A DNA stretch of 64,000 nt, from contig CBDCCK010000002.1 in the NCBI GenBank assembly GCA_965214835.1, forward strand, positions 320,001 through 384,000, written 5' to 3'. This document shows, one piece after another, positions 19,605 to 30,197 of the stretch (positions are counted from its first letter, which is position 1; every line of letters begins with the position of its first letter). Origin of the DNA: Nitrosopumilaceae archaeon (GTDB taxonomy: Archaea > Thermoproteota > Nitrososphaeria > Nitrososphaerales > Nitrosopumilaceae). The notes under the pieces were generated by a model. It did no database searches. It saw only the letters and a program-made list of their open reading frames with translations, and was not told the DNA's origin. The translations under genes were made by a program, and so were the position numbers.

Positions 19605-20002
19605 CTCCTTGCGTTTGTCAATACAGAGCGCGCATTCTCAAAGGTGACCCTTTCCAGTGCATCCTCAAAGCCCATCCATGTGTAGCCCGTGTGCTCGTGT
19701 GACAGCCTTATGCTGCTTGCACATGTCTTGGCCAGGAAGAAGACGACCTGCTTGTGCACCGAGGTGCCGTCATGCTGGAAATCATACTCGATTGACTGCT
19801 CAAAGCCATCTACGAACATCAGATCGTCGATTCCTGTCTCCTCCTTTGCCTCGCGGGCGGCAGTCTGGCGCTCCGTCTCGCCCCTTTCCATCTTTCCCTT
19901 GACAAAATCCCAGTGTCCCGAAGGGTAGTTTAGCAGCAGAAAGCTTGGCCTGCCCTTTCCTTCCCTGTACACTACAGCACCTGCCGACCTTTCCTCCAGC
20001 AA
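19580..20002 (-). CDS. Nudix hydrolase (Ap4A hydrolase-like)
   Basis: GHWDFVKG..E.GE..QTAAREAKEETG Nudix box; LSHEH. Confidence 0.9.
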   Translation of the reverse strand: MLEERSAGAVVYREGKGRPSFLLLNYPSGHWDFVKGKMERGETERQTAAREAKEETGIDDLMFVDGFEQSIEYDFQHDGTSVHKQVVFFLAKTCASSIRLSHEHTGYTWMGFEDALERVTFENARSVLTNARSHLLKTSP

Positions 20003-20794
20003 TCACTTTCCCATCCTGCGCTTTCTCTTTTGATACGTCCTGATTGCCCGCATCAGATCTATCTTCCTGAACTCTGGCCAGAATATGTCCAGGAACACCA
20101 GCTCGCTGTAGACGCTTTGCCACATCAAAAACCCGCTGAGCCTTTTTTCTCCCGACGTGCGCAGGATCATGTCCGGCGATGACTGCGGCAGGTGGGACGT
20201 GTACAGGTTGGCCTCGATCTCATCCTTGTCGATATCGTTTACTCCCAGCTCCCCGTCCTTGATCTTGTTTCCAATCTTTTTGACTGCGTCGACCAGCTCG
20301 TTTTGTCCCCCGTATGCCAGTGCCACGTTCAGAAAGTGGCAGTTATAGTCCCTTGTCGCCTCGTCGAGCTTTTTGAGAATGTCCTTGATTGAGTCCGGCA
20401 GCAGGTCGATCCTACCTATGCCCTTGACCCTCATCTTGTTCCGGTGAATCCTTGGATCATCATACAGCTTTCTCAGCCGTCTTTCTATGAGCTCAAAAAG
20501 ATAGTCCAGCTCGTCATCCTGCCTCTCGAGGTTTTCTGCCGATAGTGCGTACAGCGTGATTATCTTGATGTCAAACTCCTCGCACCAGTCAAGCAGGTTC
20601 TCCACGGCATCTGCGCCCCTCCAGTGCCCGTCCCTTGTCATGCTGAGGTGCTTCTTTGCCCACCTCCTGTTGCCGTCAAGGATCAGCGCCAGGTGGTTTG
20701 GAATGTCCCCACGCCTTATGTCCTTCTCAAGCCTCTTTGAGTATATCCTGTACAGCCCCGAAACGCTGAGTGCGACATCCTTGAACCTGCCCAT
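20003..20794 (-). CDS. uppS: cis-prenyltransferase (UppS family)
   Basis: ILDGNRRWA, SAENLER, LRTSGEKRLSGF, RRMGK. Confidence 0.95.
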   Translation of the reverse strand: MGRFKDVALSVSGLYRIYSKRLEKDIRRGDIPNHLALILDGNRRWAKKHLSMTRDGHWRGADAVENLLDWCEEFDIKIITLYALSAENLERQDDELDYLFELIERRLRKLYDDPRIHRNKMRVKGIGRIDLLPDSIKDILKKLDEATRDYNCHFLNVALAYGGQNELVDAVKKIGNKIKDGELGVNDIDKDEIEANLYTSHLPQSSPDMILRTSGEKRLSGFLMWQSVYSELVFLDIFWPEFRKIDLMRAIRTYQKRKRRMGK

Positions 20795-20842
20795 TCTCAG
20801 TCATACTGGCAAGAGCTTGCCAAATATTGTTATCGGTGCAGC

Positions 20843-22015
20843 TCATTCCGAGCCTGGCCCCTCTTCGGGCAGGCCTCCGTGCTTTTTCCTGTACCTTCTA
20901 AACAGCAGTGTTGCCGAGATCAGGGTCACTGCAAGGCCGCCTAGCAGCGGGGGAATCAGGGTAAGCGAGTTTGCGCCGCTTATCAGGATGTCGGTAAACT
21001 GCGCGACCGTCGGATACAGAGACACAAGTACGATCAGCCTCAGACTGTCTGAGATCTGCCTTGGCACCCCTGCAAGCCAGTTGCTAAGCAGCATTCCTGC
21101 AAATATTACGCCTATTCCAACCCACAGGATGGGCAGAGCCCCTGCCATGAACTGGCCGAGCACCGTCTCGTCAGAGATCTGGCTCAGGAGATCGGTTCCC
21201 GTATCGATTCCATCTATGCCTACGACAGAAATTCCGGCCGGCACCGACGAGAGTATCAGGATGATCCCCGTAATCAGCGTGAACATTCGGATGAATCCCG
21301 ACGGGGTGGGCTTTGTCCAGTTTGACCAAACCTTGTCCACGTCAAAGGCCCTGATCAGAAACGCGCCGCCAAGAATGCTGACTAGGACGGCAAAAATCTC
21401 CGCCGTGTACCCAAACACAGTTGCGATGCCGCCAATCAGCAGCAGGATGCCCGGAACCCCCAAAAAGAACTTTGAATACTTTGGATCATATGCCACCATC
21501 TTGAGGTACTTTCCAAACACCGCGTAAGAGTACTCTACGGTCCTGCTGACCTTCATCACCACCCGCTGTACGGAAACGATGGGCAGCACGGTCTGGATGA
21601 CCGGAATTACGCTCTCGTCGTCTTCGCCGTCTGAGACAATCACCGCCCCGTTGGCCGAGAACTGCTCCAGCACGCTTTTGATCTCGCTGACGATTTTCTC
21701 GTCGGCCTGGACCCCGCGCTGGGCCACGCCCGTAACCGTGATGACCTCTGCCTGGTACCCTTTGCTGATCAGATCCTCGTACGTCTTGATTGCCGAAAAT
21801 ATCGAGTTGGAGTCGGCGTCCTCCGGATCCTCTAGCGCCAGCCTCTGCGCGGCCTCGATGCACGCATCCCTTCCGATAACCGGGGTCTTGATCCCCGTTT
21901 TTTCACCGACATCGTCGTCCCTGTCTACGCAGATTACCAGCAGTCTGTTGGCAACAGAGGCGCCAACGTCCTTTTCTACCTTGCCTGACTTTTGGGACAT
22001 TTTATAACCACTCAC
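20843..22015 (-). CDS. DUF373 family membrane protein
   Basis: CVDRDDDVG...DPEDADSN...SDGEDDE plus C-terminal TM helices. Confidence 0.85.
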   Translation of the reverse strand: MSGYKMSQKSGKVEKDVGASVANRLLVICVDRDDDVGEKTGIKTPVIGRDACIEAAQRLALEDPEDADSNSIFSAIKTYEDLISKGYQAEVITVTGVAQRGVQADEKIVSEIKSVLEQFSANGAVIVSDGEDDESVIPVIQTVLPIVSVQRVVMKVSRTVEYSYAVFGKYLKMVAYDPKYSKFFLGVPGILLLIGGIATVFGYTAEIFAVLVSILGGAFLIRAFDVDKVWSNWTKPTPSGFIRMFTLITGIILILSSVPAGISVVGIDGIDTGTDLLSQISDETVLGQFMAGALPILWVGIGVIFAGMLLSNWLAGVPRQISDSLRLIVLVSLYPTVAQFTDILISGANSLTLIPPLLGGLAVTLISATLLFRRYRKKHGGLPEEGPGSE

Positions 22016-22075
22016 GGAATTGCTTTTTAACGATTTCCAACCAATGAAAATAGTATAGTTAGGTTTTAGGCGTGA

Positions 22076-22570
22076 CTATGGGATGCTCTCAACTGATGCC
22101 CGGATCAGCGAGTCCATCTGACCCTTGAGGGACTCAATCCTTGAGATTGAGCCAGCTAGCCCCTCCTGTCCCCTGTCCCCGATGGCGCCGGCCACCACGA
22201 TCGTCTCTCGTATGATTGAGTTCTGGGTCTTGAGGGCATCAATGTAGCTGATATAGCTCTCGTGCCACTCCTCTGATGCCTGGCTTTCGACCAGCTGGAT
22301 GATCTGGGTGTTGACCTGGGTCGACGCCGCCTCTGCCAGCTGGGTGTACTGCTCTGCCGTCATCTCCCCGTCCTGCAGTTTCGCAAACGAGCCATCCAGC
22401 TCCTCTGATAATACCTGGTGGATGTGTTGAACCCCCTCCAGGTGATTGCCAAAATCCGATACCGTGATCGTCTGTGCGGTGTCCTGCGGCAGCACCCAGA
22501 CTGCAAAGCTGGCAGCCGTAATCGCACCCAGAATCACCGCAGTTGCAATGACGCCCCTTTTTGATGCCAT
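22076..22570 (-). CDS. Membrane-anchored helical hypothetical protein
   Basis: N-terminal signal/TM segment. Confidence 0.75.
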   Translation of the reverse strand: MASKRGVIATAVILGAITAASFAVWVLPQDTAQTITVSDFGNHLEGVQHIHQVLSEELDGSFAKLQDGEMTAEQYTQLAEAASTQVNTQIIQLVESQASEEWHESYISYIDALKTQNSIIRETIVVAGAIGDRGQEGLAGSISRIESLKGQMDSLIRASVESIP

Positions 22571-22826
22571 GTGTCTTACCCCCTTGCCAGCCCGCTTATA
22601 TCTTGTCTAATCTCATGATATGCGGGCCATTTTTTGCAAATATGCGATGAAAATACGGTACATGATGATATCTTCCAAAAATTTATAGAAAAACCATGAT
22701 TTTTCATGTAATTTCCTGCATGCGGCCCCGGGCTGGGTGGAGATAAAATTTACACACATCTAGGCGTGAGGTAAAATAATTTTTACAGCCTCTTGCTAAA
22801 TACAAGCGTGACTGTGTGTTTTTAGA

Positions 22827-22970
22827 ATGGTTGAAGCATATTGCGTCAAATGCAGGGACAAAAGGGAAATCAAAAACCCCAAAGAAACTGAATTAAAAAA
22901 CGGACGTCCGGCCGTAAAAGGCACGTGTCCAGAATGTGGAACTAACGTTTTCCGAATTGGAAAAGCATAG
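22827..22970 (+). CDS. DUF5679-like small Zn-ribbon protein
   Basis: 47-aa ORF missing from the ORF track: MVEAYCVKCRDKREIKNPK...KNGRPAVKGTCPECGTNVFRIGKA. Confidence 0.85.
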   Translation: MVEAYCVKCRDKREIKNPKETELKNGRPAVKGTCPECGTNVFRIGKA

Positions 22971-23039
22971 GTAAACGCGGCCACAATGTTTCTTTTTTAA
23001 AATAAACCCATATAGGGTACCGTTTGATATTGCAACATA

Positions 23040-23462
23040 TTGACAAAGGCAGAGTATGAGAACCTACTAGGGCGGATCCGGGACGGCCTGTCTGACAGCT
23101 CAAAGGATACCGGCGCCCGATTTGAGCTGCCCATAGTCGACGTCATGTGGGAGGGCCAAAAGACATTCCTTCGTAATTTTGCCGAGTTTCCAAAGGTCCT
23201 GCGCCGGGATCCGGACAAGGTCCTTCAATACCTGTCAAAGGAGTTTGCCGTACCTGCAGAAAGGCTGGGCGAGAAGGCCATGTTTATCGGAAAGCGCGAT
23301 CCTGATGATTTTACCAGACTGTTTCAAATATATGTCAAAGACTATGTCGAGTGTCCTACATGCAAGAGTCCCGACACCAAGGTAGTCAAGGAAAACAGGA
23401 TCTCCTTTCTGATTTGTGAGGCATGCGGCGCCAAGTCAACCATGAAGGGAAAGTACGCCTGA
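23040..23462 (+). CDS. Translation initiation factor aIF-2 beta
   Basis: RFELP, T.LRNF, YVECPTCKSPDT...CEACGA. Confidence 0.93.
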   Translation: MTKAEYENLLGRIRDGLSDSSKDTGARFELPIVDVMWEGQKTFLRNFAEFPKVLRRDPDKVLQYLSKEFAVPAERLGEKAMFIGKRDPDDFTRLFQIYVKDYVECPTCKSPDTKVVKENRISFLICEACGAKSTMKGKYA

Positions 23463-23758
23463 TGTCATTTTCGATACGGGTTTCTGACTATCAGCAAAGG
23501 CCGATGCTTAACATCTGTGACAGCGAGCTCCTGGGAAGGACCGTCTCCGAAGGAAGGAGAAACCTGAATATCAGCCAGAGCTATTATGGACAAAAGACCA
23601 TTGATCAGCAAGAGGCCGAGGCCCTGCTCAGGACCTCTGCAATCATAAACATGGTTGGAGAAAAAACGGTCTCGCTTTCCATCAAGCTTGGAATAGGAAT
23701 CGAGGCCGGAGTAAAGTACGTTGGCGGAATCCCGTTCCTGATTGTCTTCAAAATGTAA
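23462..23758 (+). CDS. DUF424 family protein
   Basis: CDSELLG...YYG...NMVGEKTV...GGIP. Confidence 0.85.
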   Translation: MSFSIRVSDYQQRPMLNICDSELLGRTVSEGRRNLNISQSYYGQKTIDQQEAEALLRTSAIINMVGEKTVSLSIKLGIGIEAGVKYVGGIPFLIVFKM

Positions 23759-23768
23759 CCGGATCGCC

Positions 23769-24545
23769 ATGTATGACGAGCTAGACAAAAAACTCGAGTC
23801 AAAGGTCCTTGGCAAGATATTCAAGTCTTCTAGGGCGGGCCTGGATGACGGATTCAAGAAAAACAAGGTTGTCAACGAGGTGTTGGACAAGCCAACCGTC
23901 ATGACCCTGTTCAACATGATCAGATCCCACACTATTGCGTATGTCAACGGTGCAGTAAAGGCCGGAAAGGAGTCCGTCGTATTCTGGGGGGTCGATGACG
24001 ACAGCCGTGACGTCGCGCTAAAGATCTACCTTGTATCCACGTCCAACTTCAAAAACCGGCTTCCATACATCCAAGGGGATCCGAGGTTTTCCAGAGTCAG
24101 GCGGGGCACGAGAAACCTCGTCTACCTGTGGGCAAAAAAGGAGTTCCGTAACCTTTCCCAGTGTTTTGGGATCGGCCTGCCTGTGCCCCGGCCCATCCGG
24201 GTCGCCAACAACGTCCTGGCCATGGAGTTTGTCGGCCAGGACGGCATGCCTGCAAGCACACTGCTAGAGTCGGCTGTGGACGAGAACGACTATGGGCAGG
24301 CCGTGCAGATTTTGAGGGGGCTGTACAAAGACGCGCGGCTTGTACACGGGGACTTTTCTGAATACAACGTCTTCAAAACCGGCTCGGGACTGACGCTTTT
24401 TGATCTTGGCTCTGCCGTGGATCTCCGGCACCCCAGATCCGAGGAGTTTCTTCAAAGAGATATTAACAACATCACCAAATTCTTTGTAAGGCGGGGCCTC
24501 ACAGTGGATAACCCCGCAGACGTCTACGAATCGGTGGTATCATGA
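23769..24545 (+). CDS. rio1: RIO1 serine kinase
   Basis: GKESVVF, ALKIY, WAKKEFRNL, HGDFSEYN, FDLGSAV. Confidence 0.93.
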   Translation: MYDELDKKLESKVLGKIFKSSRAGLDDGFKKNKVVNEVLDKPTVMTLFNMIRSHTIAYVNGAVKAGKESVVFWGVDDDSRDVALKIYLVSTSNFKNRLPYIQGDPRFSRVRRGTRNLVYLWAKKEFRNLSQCFGIGLPVPRPIRVANNVLAMEFVGQDGMPASTLLESAVDENDYGQAVQILRGLYKDARLVHGDFSEYNVFKTGSGLTLFDLGSAVDLRHPRSEEFLQRDINNITKFFVRRGLTVDNPADVYESVVS

Positions 24546-25111
24546 GCTTTGAAAAACTAGTCAGAATCCCGACAGAAAGGGTGGGTGTCTTGATTGGCAG
24601 ATCCGGCGCCGTAAAGTCCGAGATCGAGTCTGCCTGCTCCGTTAGGCTTGATATTGATGGCAAGGCAGGCGAGGTGCTCGTCGAAACGTCTGGAGACGTC
24701 GAAAAAATCCAGCCGTTTAAGGCAGTGGAGATAGTTACTGCCATAGGCAGGGGATTTTCCCCGCAAAACGCAATGCTGCTTTTGAGGGGCGAGAACACCC
24801 TGCACGTGCTGGATCTCCGTGAATTCGGCGGCAAGTCCAAGAGCCAGATTGAAAGGATAAAAGGGAGACTGATAGGAGAGGGGGGTAGGGCAAGAAAAAA
24901 CATGGAAAGTCTCAGCGGGGCAAAAATCTCAGTCTATGGCAGAACCGTCTCGGTAATTGGCAGTACGAAAAGCCTCAAGCTTGCAGTGGATGCGGTCTCC
25001 TCAATCTCAAGCGGAAGCATGCATGGCTCAGTCTATAGCAGAATGGAGTCTGCACGACGGCGTGAGAAAATAGAACGCATGCAGTTGTGGGAAGATCAAA
25101 ATGTCTTCTAA
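24542..25111 (+). CDS. KH-domain ribosome biogenesis protein Dim2/Pno1
   Basis: Two KH motifs LIGRSG / LIGEGG; AIGRGFSP. Confidence 0.9.
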   Translation: MSFEKLVRIPTERVGVLIGRSGAVKSEIESACSVRLDIDGKAGEVLVETSGDVEKIQPFKAVEIVTAIGRGFSPQNAMLLLRGENTLHVLDLREFGGKSKSQIERIKGRLIGEGGRARKNMESLSGAKISVYGRTVSVIGSTKSLKLAVDAVSSISSGSMHGSVYSRMESARRREKIERMQLWEDQNVF

Positions 25112-26942
25112 GGAAAACTTTAACCAGATCTCGCCAAGCGAGTTCTTCTACCGGAACCGGGATCTGGCCGGCTTTAGCACGCCTACGCGCTCCCTGTATA
25201 CTGCCGTACGCGAGTTCGTAGAAAACGCCCTTGATGCCTGCGACCATCACGGGATTTTCCCCGACGTCCGCCTGTCAATAAAGGCAGTGGATCCCGAAAA
25301 ACCAGACCCGAGGCACTATATTCTGACTGTCAGGGACAACGGGCCCGGAATGCCGTCAAAAAACGTCCCGCTTGCATTTGGTACCGTCCTGTACGGCTCA
25401 AAGTTTGGACTAAAGCAGGCAAGGGGGATGTTCGGCCTCGGCGCCACCATGGCAATACTCTACGGCCAGATCACCACAAACAAGCCGGTCCACGTCGTCA
25501 GCTCCACCGACGGCCAAAAGGCCGACGAGTTTGAGATCCTTTTGGACATCCAAAAAAACAAGCCGGTAATCCAAAGGCATGTCACAAAGGAGGCAAAAAA
25601 ACAGGGCCTGTCTGTCAGCATCTGCCTGGAGGGCGACTATTCCAAGGCCGGCTCCAAGATACGCGACTATGTCTACCAGACGTCCCTGATCACCCCGTAT
25701 GCGACAATCTCCTTTGATGATCCCAAGAATCAGAAGTTCAAGTACCCAAGGATGGTAAAGACAATGCCCCCGGCCCCGACGATAATCCGCCCCCACCCTT
25801 ACGGCGTCGATGTGGAGACCATCCGGCGCATGATAGTCGAGTCAAACTTTGAGATCCCTGCAGTGGATAACAAGGTGATTGAGAAGGTAAAAAGGGAGCT
25901 GGGCCTGGCAGGCAAGGGCCTCAGATTCACCGGAATAATGGGGCGAGCATCCAGAAAGTGGAAAAACCTCTCAAGGCAGGTAAGGGTAGTCGTCGCCCTG
26001 ATGTCTTTTCTTGGGATGGACTTTGATCAGCTCGGCAAGATCCGAATCGATGATCTCGATGCCGCAAACAGCAAGCTGGTCTACTGGGACTATGGGGAGT
26101 CCAAGTCCGTCACCGTCGAGCTGGACGAGGATAGCCAGTACTACCGCCAGCTTACAAACACCGTGCAAGGCGAGACGCTGTCATCGTTTCTTACAAAGCG
26201 GTTCCAGAGGGTGGGGCCGACGGCGGCGGCCAAGTTTGCCAAATTTGCGGGATTCAAGCCCGAAAAACGCATGGGTTCCATGAACAACGAGGAGCTCGTA
26301 CGCCTGAGCGACTCGCTTCAAAAGTACGGGGACTTTATGTCGCCTGATCCAGGCTGCCTGGCACCGCTTGGAGAGTCCCCCCTTGAGAAGGGCATGCAAA
26401 AGTTCTTCAATCCCGACTTTTTGGCAGTAGTCCAGAGGCCCGCCTCTGCATACTCTGGCTTTCCGTTCATCGTAGAGATGGGCATAGCGTACGGGGGGGA
26501 CATTGAGACCAGGGGAATCAAGGCATACCGCTTTGCAAACAGAATCCCGCTGCTGTACGACGAGGGAAGCGATGTCGTGCTCAAGGTTGTAAACGATACT
26601 GACTGGTCCAGATACAAGGTCAAAGGCGATCCGCCGCTGGTCATCGTAAGCCACATCTGCTCCACCAGGATCCCGTACAAGACTGCGGGAAAAGAAAACG
26701 TAGCCGACAGAAGGGAGATCGAAAGAGAGCTCAAGCTAGGCCTGCAGTACCTGTCCCGGAAGCTGTCTGCATACATGTCCAAGAAGGGCCAGGCAGAGGC
26801 TGCCAAAAAGAGGGCCAACCTGTATTCAAGGTACATGCCGCTGATTGCGCAGTTCTGCACCGAGCTTGCCGGCAAGACCAGGGAGCCTGACTTTCAGCAA
26901 ATCTTAAAGGAGGAGACGCCAGTTGAAAAAGGCCAAAACTAA
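25101..26942 (+). CDS. top6B: DNA topoisomerase VI subunit B
   Basis: EFVENALDA, DNGPG, RGMFGLG GHKL motifs; RFANRIPL. Confidence 0.97.
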   Translation: MSSKENFNQISPSEFFYRNRDLAGFSTPTRSLYTAVREFVENALDACDHHGIFPDVRLSIKAVDPEKPDPRHYILTVRDNGPGMPSKNVPLAFGTVLYGSKFGLKQARGMFGLGATMAILYGQITTNKPVHVVSSTDGQKADEFEILLDIQKNKPVIQRHVTKEAKKQGLSVSICLEGDYSKAGSKIRDYVYQTSLITPYATISFDDPKNQKFKYPRMVKTMPPAPTIIRPHPYGVDVETIRRMIVESNFEIPAVDNKVIEKVKRELGLAGKGLRFTGIMGRASRKWKNLSRQVRVVVALMSFLGMDFDQLGKIRIDDLDAANSKLVYWDYGESKSVTVELDEDSQYYRQLTNTVQGETLSSFLTKRFQRVGPTAAAKFAKFAGFKPEKRMGSMNNEELVRLSDSLQKYGDFMSPDPGCLAPLGESPLEKGMQKFFNPDFLAVVQRPASAYSGFPFIVEMGIAYGGDIETRGIKAYRFANRIPLLYDEGSDVVLKVVNDTDWSRYKVKGDPPLVIVSHICSTRIPYKTAGKENVADRREIERELKLGLQYLSRKLSAYMSKKGQAEAAKKRANLYSRYMPLIAQFCTELAGKTREPDFQQILKEETPVEKGQN

Positions 26943-28035
26943 AAAAACAAAGCCGGCAGTATCCACAAAGGAAAAGCAAAAGGCCCTCCTGGAGCTGCTC
27001 AAAAAGCACGGGGCCGCCGTCTACGGCGACATCGATGCGGGGCAGTTCCCAAAGTTTTCGATTCCCAGCAGATCCGTCAGCAACATCGTATATGACGAGA
27101 AGATCCGGCAGTATGTATTGGGGGCCAACTCGTCACTGCGCAGCTCCCGGAACACCTCGCAGCTGCGCTCGTTTACGCAGCTTGTCTGGCTGGCCTTTTT
27201 TGCCAACAGGCTCACAAAGGAGAAAAAGTCCTCCACGCTGAGGGACGTGTACTATTCGTCGCAGGCCTTTGCCGTGGAGTTCGACGATCAGGCAGAGTCT
27301 GACAACATCATCGTAGACCTGGAGGCAGTGCTCTCCAGGCCCCGCGAGGACTTTCAGATATTTCCAGAGGAGAGAAGCTCGATATTTGGCGACCTGAACG
27401 TAGAGTATACGATACCCGGATACGAGGGAAAGACGATGAACCTCTCCAACCACCCCGACGGCTATGCGATAGGCCCCAGCCTAACCACCGCCGAGCTGCG
27501 CGATACCAGCGCCGAGATAGTTATTGCAATCGAGAAGGGCGGCCTGTTTACGAGGTTCGTAGAGGAGCAGGTCGACAAGAAATTCAAGTCCATCATCATC
27601 AACACCGGGGGCCAGGCGCCCCGCTCCACAAGAACCCTGCTCAAGAGGCTGCATGACGAGATGGGGCTTCCCGTGATAATTCTTACCGACGGCGACGTGT
27701 ACGGGGAGCACATTGCAATGGTCATAAAGTCAGGCTCGGCCAATGCCGCGCACCTGAGGGAGCTGACCGTTCCTGACGCCAAGTGGGTGGGGGTCTGGGC
27801 CACGGACATTGAAAGGTTCAAGCTTCCCACGATACCGATGACCGAGTCCGACATCAAGCGGTGCTATGACCTCAAAAAGGATCCCAGGTACAAAAAGGGC
27901 CTGTGGAAAAAGGAGCTGGAGGCCTTTATCAGAATCAAGCGAAAGGCGGAGCTGGAGGCCTTTTCAAAGTACGGCCTTACAAACATCACCGACAAGTATC
28001 TCCCTCACAAGCTGGAGGTAGCCAAGACGCTATAG
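26923..28035 (+). CDS. top6A: DNA topoisomerase VI subunit A
   Basis: TLRDVYY, IEK, TDGDVYG, KAELEA. Confidence 0.97.
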   Translation: MKKAKTKKTKPAVSTKEKQKALLELLKKHGAAVYGDIDAGQFPKFSIPSRSVSNIVYDEKIRQYVLGANSSLRSSRNTSQLRSFTQLVWLAFFANRLTKEKKSSTLRDVYYSSQAFAVEFDDQAESDNIIVDLEAVLSRPREDFQIFPEERSSIFGDLNVEYTIPGYEGKTMNLSNHPDGYAIGPSLTTAELRDTSAEIVIAIEKGGLFTRFVEEQVDKKFKSIIINTGGQAPRSTRTLLKRLHDEMGLPVIILTDGDVYGEHIAMVIKSGSANAAHLRELTVPDAKWVGVWATDIERFKLPTIPMTESDIKRCYDLKKDPRYKKGLWKKELEAFIRIKRKAELEAFSKYGLTNITDKYLPHKLEVAKTL

Positions 28036-28491
28036 CCTCTTTATCCTGAGGGTCAGGACGCCGTTTCTGTACTTGAAGTCAAATATCTGCATGTCATTGG
28101 AGCCCTCGATTGGAACCTCCTTTGAGAACCCCCCGCTTCCCCTGATGTACAGCGTGCCGTCGACCAGCCTGACCATGATCTTGTCCTCGGGTCCCGGAAC
28201 CTCGGCCACGAAGACAAACTCCCCCTCACCCTTGATCAGATCATATACCCAGTTCTTGCTTTCCTGCTCCCGCATGGAATACTTTGGCTTTTGATCCCTT
28301 GTCATCTTGATTAGGACCCTTGCCCAGTAGAACATGGTTACTGCGGCCCCGCCTATCAGGACAAAGCTGACAAACCCCCCGCCCGAGCGCTGCGTCATTA
28401 CATACACAACTCCCAGGAATAGGATTATCAGGATTGGTATGATGAAGTTCAGTGACTGCTGGTTGGAGTATGCTCCCTTGTAGCTTGACAA
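28030..28491 (-). CDS. Membrane-anchored Hsp20/alpha-crystallin-like protein
   Basis: Two TMs, then AEVPG and KYRNGVLTLRI. Confidence 0.75.
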   Translation of the reverse strand: MSSYKGAYSNQQSLNFIIPILIILFLGVVYVMTQRSGGGFVSFVLIGGAAVTMFYWARVLIKMTRDQKPKYSMREQESKNWVYDLIKGEGEFVFVAEVPGPEDKIMVRLVDGTLYIRGSGGFSKEVPIEGSNDMQIFDFKYRNGVLTLRIKRL

Positions 28492-28538
28492 TTTGCTCTA
28501 AATCGGCCTTGGCCAAATATAAAGTATCTTTGGTTTTT

Positions 28539-28658
28539 CAGTCCTGCCGGATCCCCGGACTCATGGCGATGCAGTAGGTGGCGTGCGGATCTGCAGGTTC
28601 GCCCTGTCTGAATCGCCTCTGATTGGAGCCGTCTTGTGGCTGCGCTTTTGGGGGACTG
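28539..28658. mobile_element. ~120-bp CAG-type (ISH3-like) MITE, degenerate
   Basis: Ends CAGTCC / GGGGACTG; core GCGGATCTGCAGG. Confidence 0.65.
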
Positions 28659-28692
28659 CCCTAAATGAGGCGCCTGCCCCGTCTGCAGTTTT

Positions 28693-28785
28693 GTATGTGG
28701 TCACCTACCACTATCAATCAGGCATGAATTGGCATGTACAATTATGATTTTTGTGCCTAGCTGGTAAGGGGACGTGACCACATAC
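28693..28785. mobile_element. 93-bp MITE, GTATGTGGTCAC family
   Basis: TIRs GTATGTGGTCAC / GTGACCACATAC; exact 8-bp TSD GCAGTTTT. Confidence 0.9.
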
Positions 28786-28861
28786 GCAGTTTTGCTAGAT
28801 TCGGTTCCAGCGTACGTCCGGCTTGGCTGGTTTTTATTACCATCCTCTTCCACCTGTGGTG

Positions 28862-29104
28862 ATGCATGACAAAAAAAACCCCGGCCCGCTGACTAGAGGC
28901 GATCTTGTGATTCGCGGCACCGTCATGGCATCGATAATCACGGTTCCCTCATTGGCGGCCTTTTTTGCATCCTGGGCCCTTCTTGACGATCTCATCCAGG
29001 CAGCCATCATCGGGGCCGTCGTCCACTTTATATCCATGGGCTTTTCACTGAAGATCTCCAAAAGATTCCTCGCAAAAAGGCCCGATGCGAGCCCCGACGC
29101 TTAA
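28862..29104 (+). CDS. Small two-TM membrane protein
   Basis: Two hydrophobic segments. Confidence 0.7.
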   Translation: MHDKKNPGPLTRGDLVIRGTVMASIITVPSLAAFFASWALLDDLIQAAIIGAVVHFISMGFSLKISKRFLAKRPDASPDA

Positions 29105-29129
29105 TAACAAAAACCACCCATGAAGCACG

Positions 29130-29483
29130 TTGAATACCTCCGATATCGAGAAAACCCTCGTTGATGAGATCGGCCTCGGGCCCCTTGAGGCCAGGATATT
29201 CCTCCTGATTACGCTGGAGGGCAAAATGTCCGTGGATGACATAGCATCCAGGCTTGACGTCGCCCCGGGGCTTGCATCTGAGGCGTGCCGGGGCCTGGTG
29301 GGACTGGGCGGCCTCATCGACATGTCCCCGACCGAGTTTGAGGCGATGCATCCGCGCTTTACGGCAGTCAACATGTACAGGAGAATGTGCGAGCGCAAAA
29401 ACGTCGAGTTTGGAAGAAACAAAATAGTGGACGGCTTGGGTGCGATGCTGGAGCGCCGCTATGATGATGCAAGGACTAAATAG
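29130..29483 (+). CDS. TrmB-like wHTH protein
   Basis: GL..LEARIFL...DIASRL...L...G. Confidence 0.7.
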   Translation: MNTSDIEKTLVDEIGLGPLEARIFLLITLEGKMSVDDIASRLDVAPGLASEACRGLVGLGGLIDMSPTEFEAMHPRFTAVNMYRRMCERKNVEFGRNKIVDGLGAMLERRYDDARTK

Positions 29484-29502
29484 AACCGGATGTTGCTGGT
29501 GG

Positions 29503-29904
29503 ATGTTGACTGTCGATACCGAGTCATGCAGGCACCAGCCCGTCTATTTTGGTGTGATCAACATAAACATCGGCGAGAGAACCGTCGGTTCCGTTGACGT
29601 GTGGCGCTGTGCTGCCTGCAAGAAAAGGTTCTGCGAGGAAAAGCAGCTTGGCATCGAGGCGCTGGCAGACTCTGTCGGAATGCCAAAAATCGAACCCGAC
29701 GAAAAGTGGGCCGTCTGTGTCTGCAGGCTGCAAAAGGGGCAGTGCAGGTGGAGGCTGGTCAGGCTCAAGGAAAACGGCCAGCTCAGACACGAATGCCTTG
29801 ATGAGCAGGCGGTGTCACTGCGTGTCAGCGACTATGCAATAGACGATGGCCAGCACTGGAGCTTTCTAGTCGACGAGCACATCAATACCGCAGTGGAAGT
29901 CTAG
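29503..29904 (+). CDS. Cys-containing hypothetical protein
   Basis: C.H...CAAC...C motif; operonic with neighbours. Confidence 0.7.
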   Translation: MLTVDTESCRHQPVYFGVININIGERTVGSVDVWRCAACKKRFCEEKQLGIEALADSVGMPKIEPDEKWAVCVCRLQKGQCRWRLVRLKENGQLRHECLDEQAVSLRVSDYAIDDGQHWSFLVDEHINTAVEV

Positions 29905-29906
29905 CC

Positions 29907-30197
29907 ATGGCACTGAATATCCGGGTTCATGTCAACAACATTCATGGCAGTCAGATGGCTGCAAAAATCACCGGAAGGTTCACCCTAGATTCACATGAGT
30001 TCAGGTTCACCGCCATCGCCTTTGGAAGGATAGGGGGGCAAAACGTCGGGGCCAGGCTATCAAAGGCTACCGAGCAGGAGCTCAAAAAACTGGGCCATGA
30101 TCCAGAAGAGGTCATACTTGAAATCCAGGGCAGGCTGCTCCGGGGGGACATGACCGTTCCCGATGGGCTCAGGCGCGAGTCATTTGTAGATGACTAG
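29907..30197 (+). CDS. Hypothetical protein
   Basis: Operonic [17 protein letters not shown]. Confidence 0.75.
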   Translation: MALNIRVHVNNIHGSQMAAKITGRFTLDSHEFRFTAIAFGRIGGQNVGARLSKATEQELKKLGHDPEEVILEIQGRLLRGDMTVPDGLRRESFVDD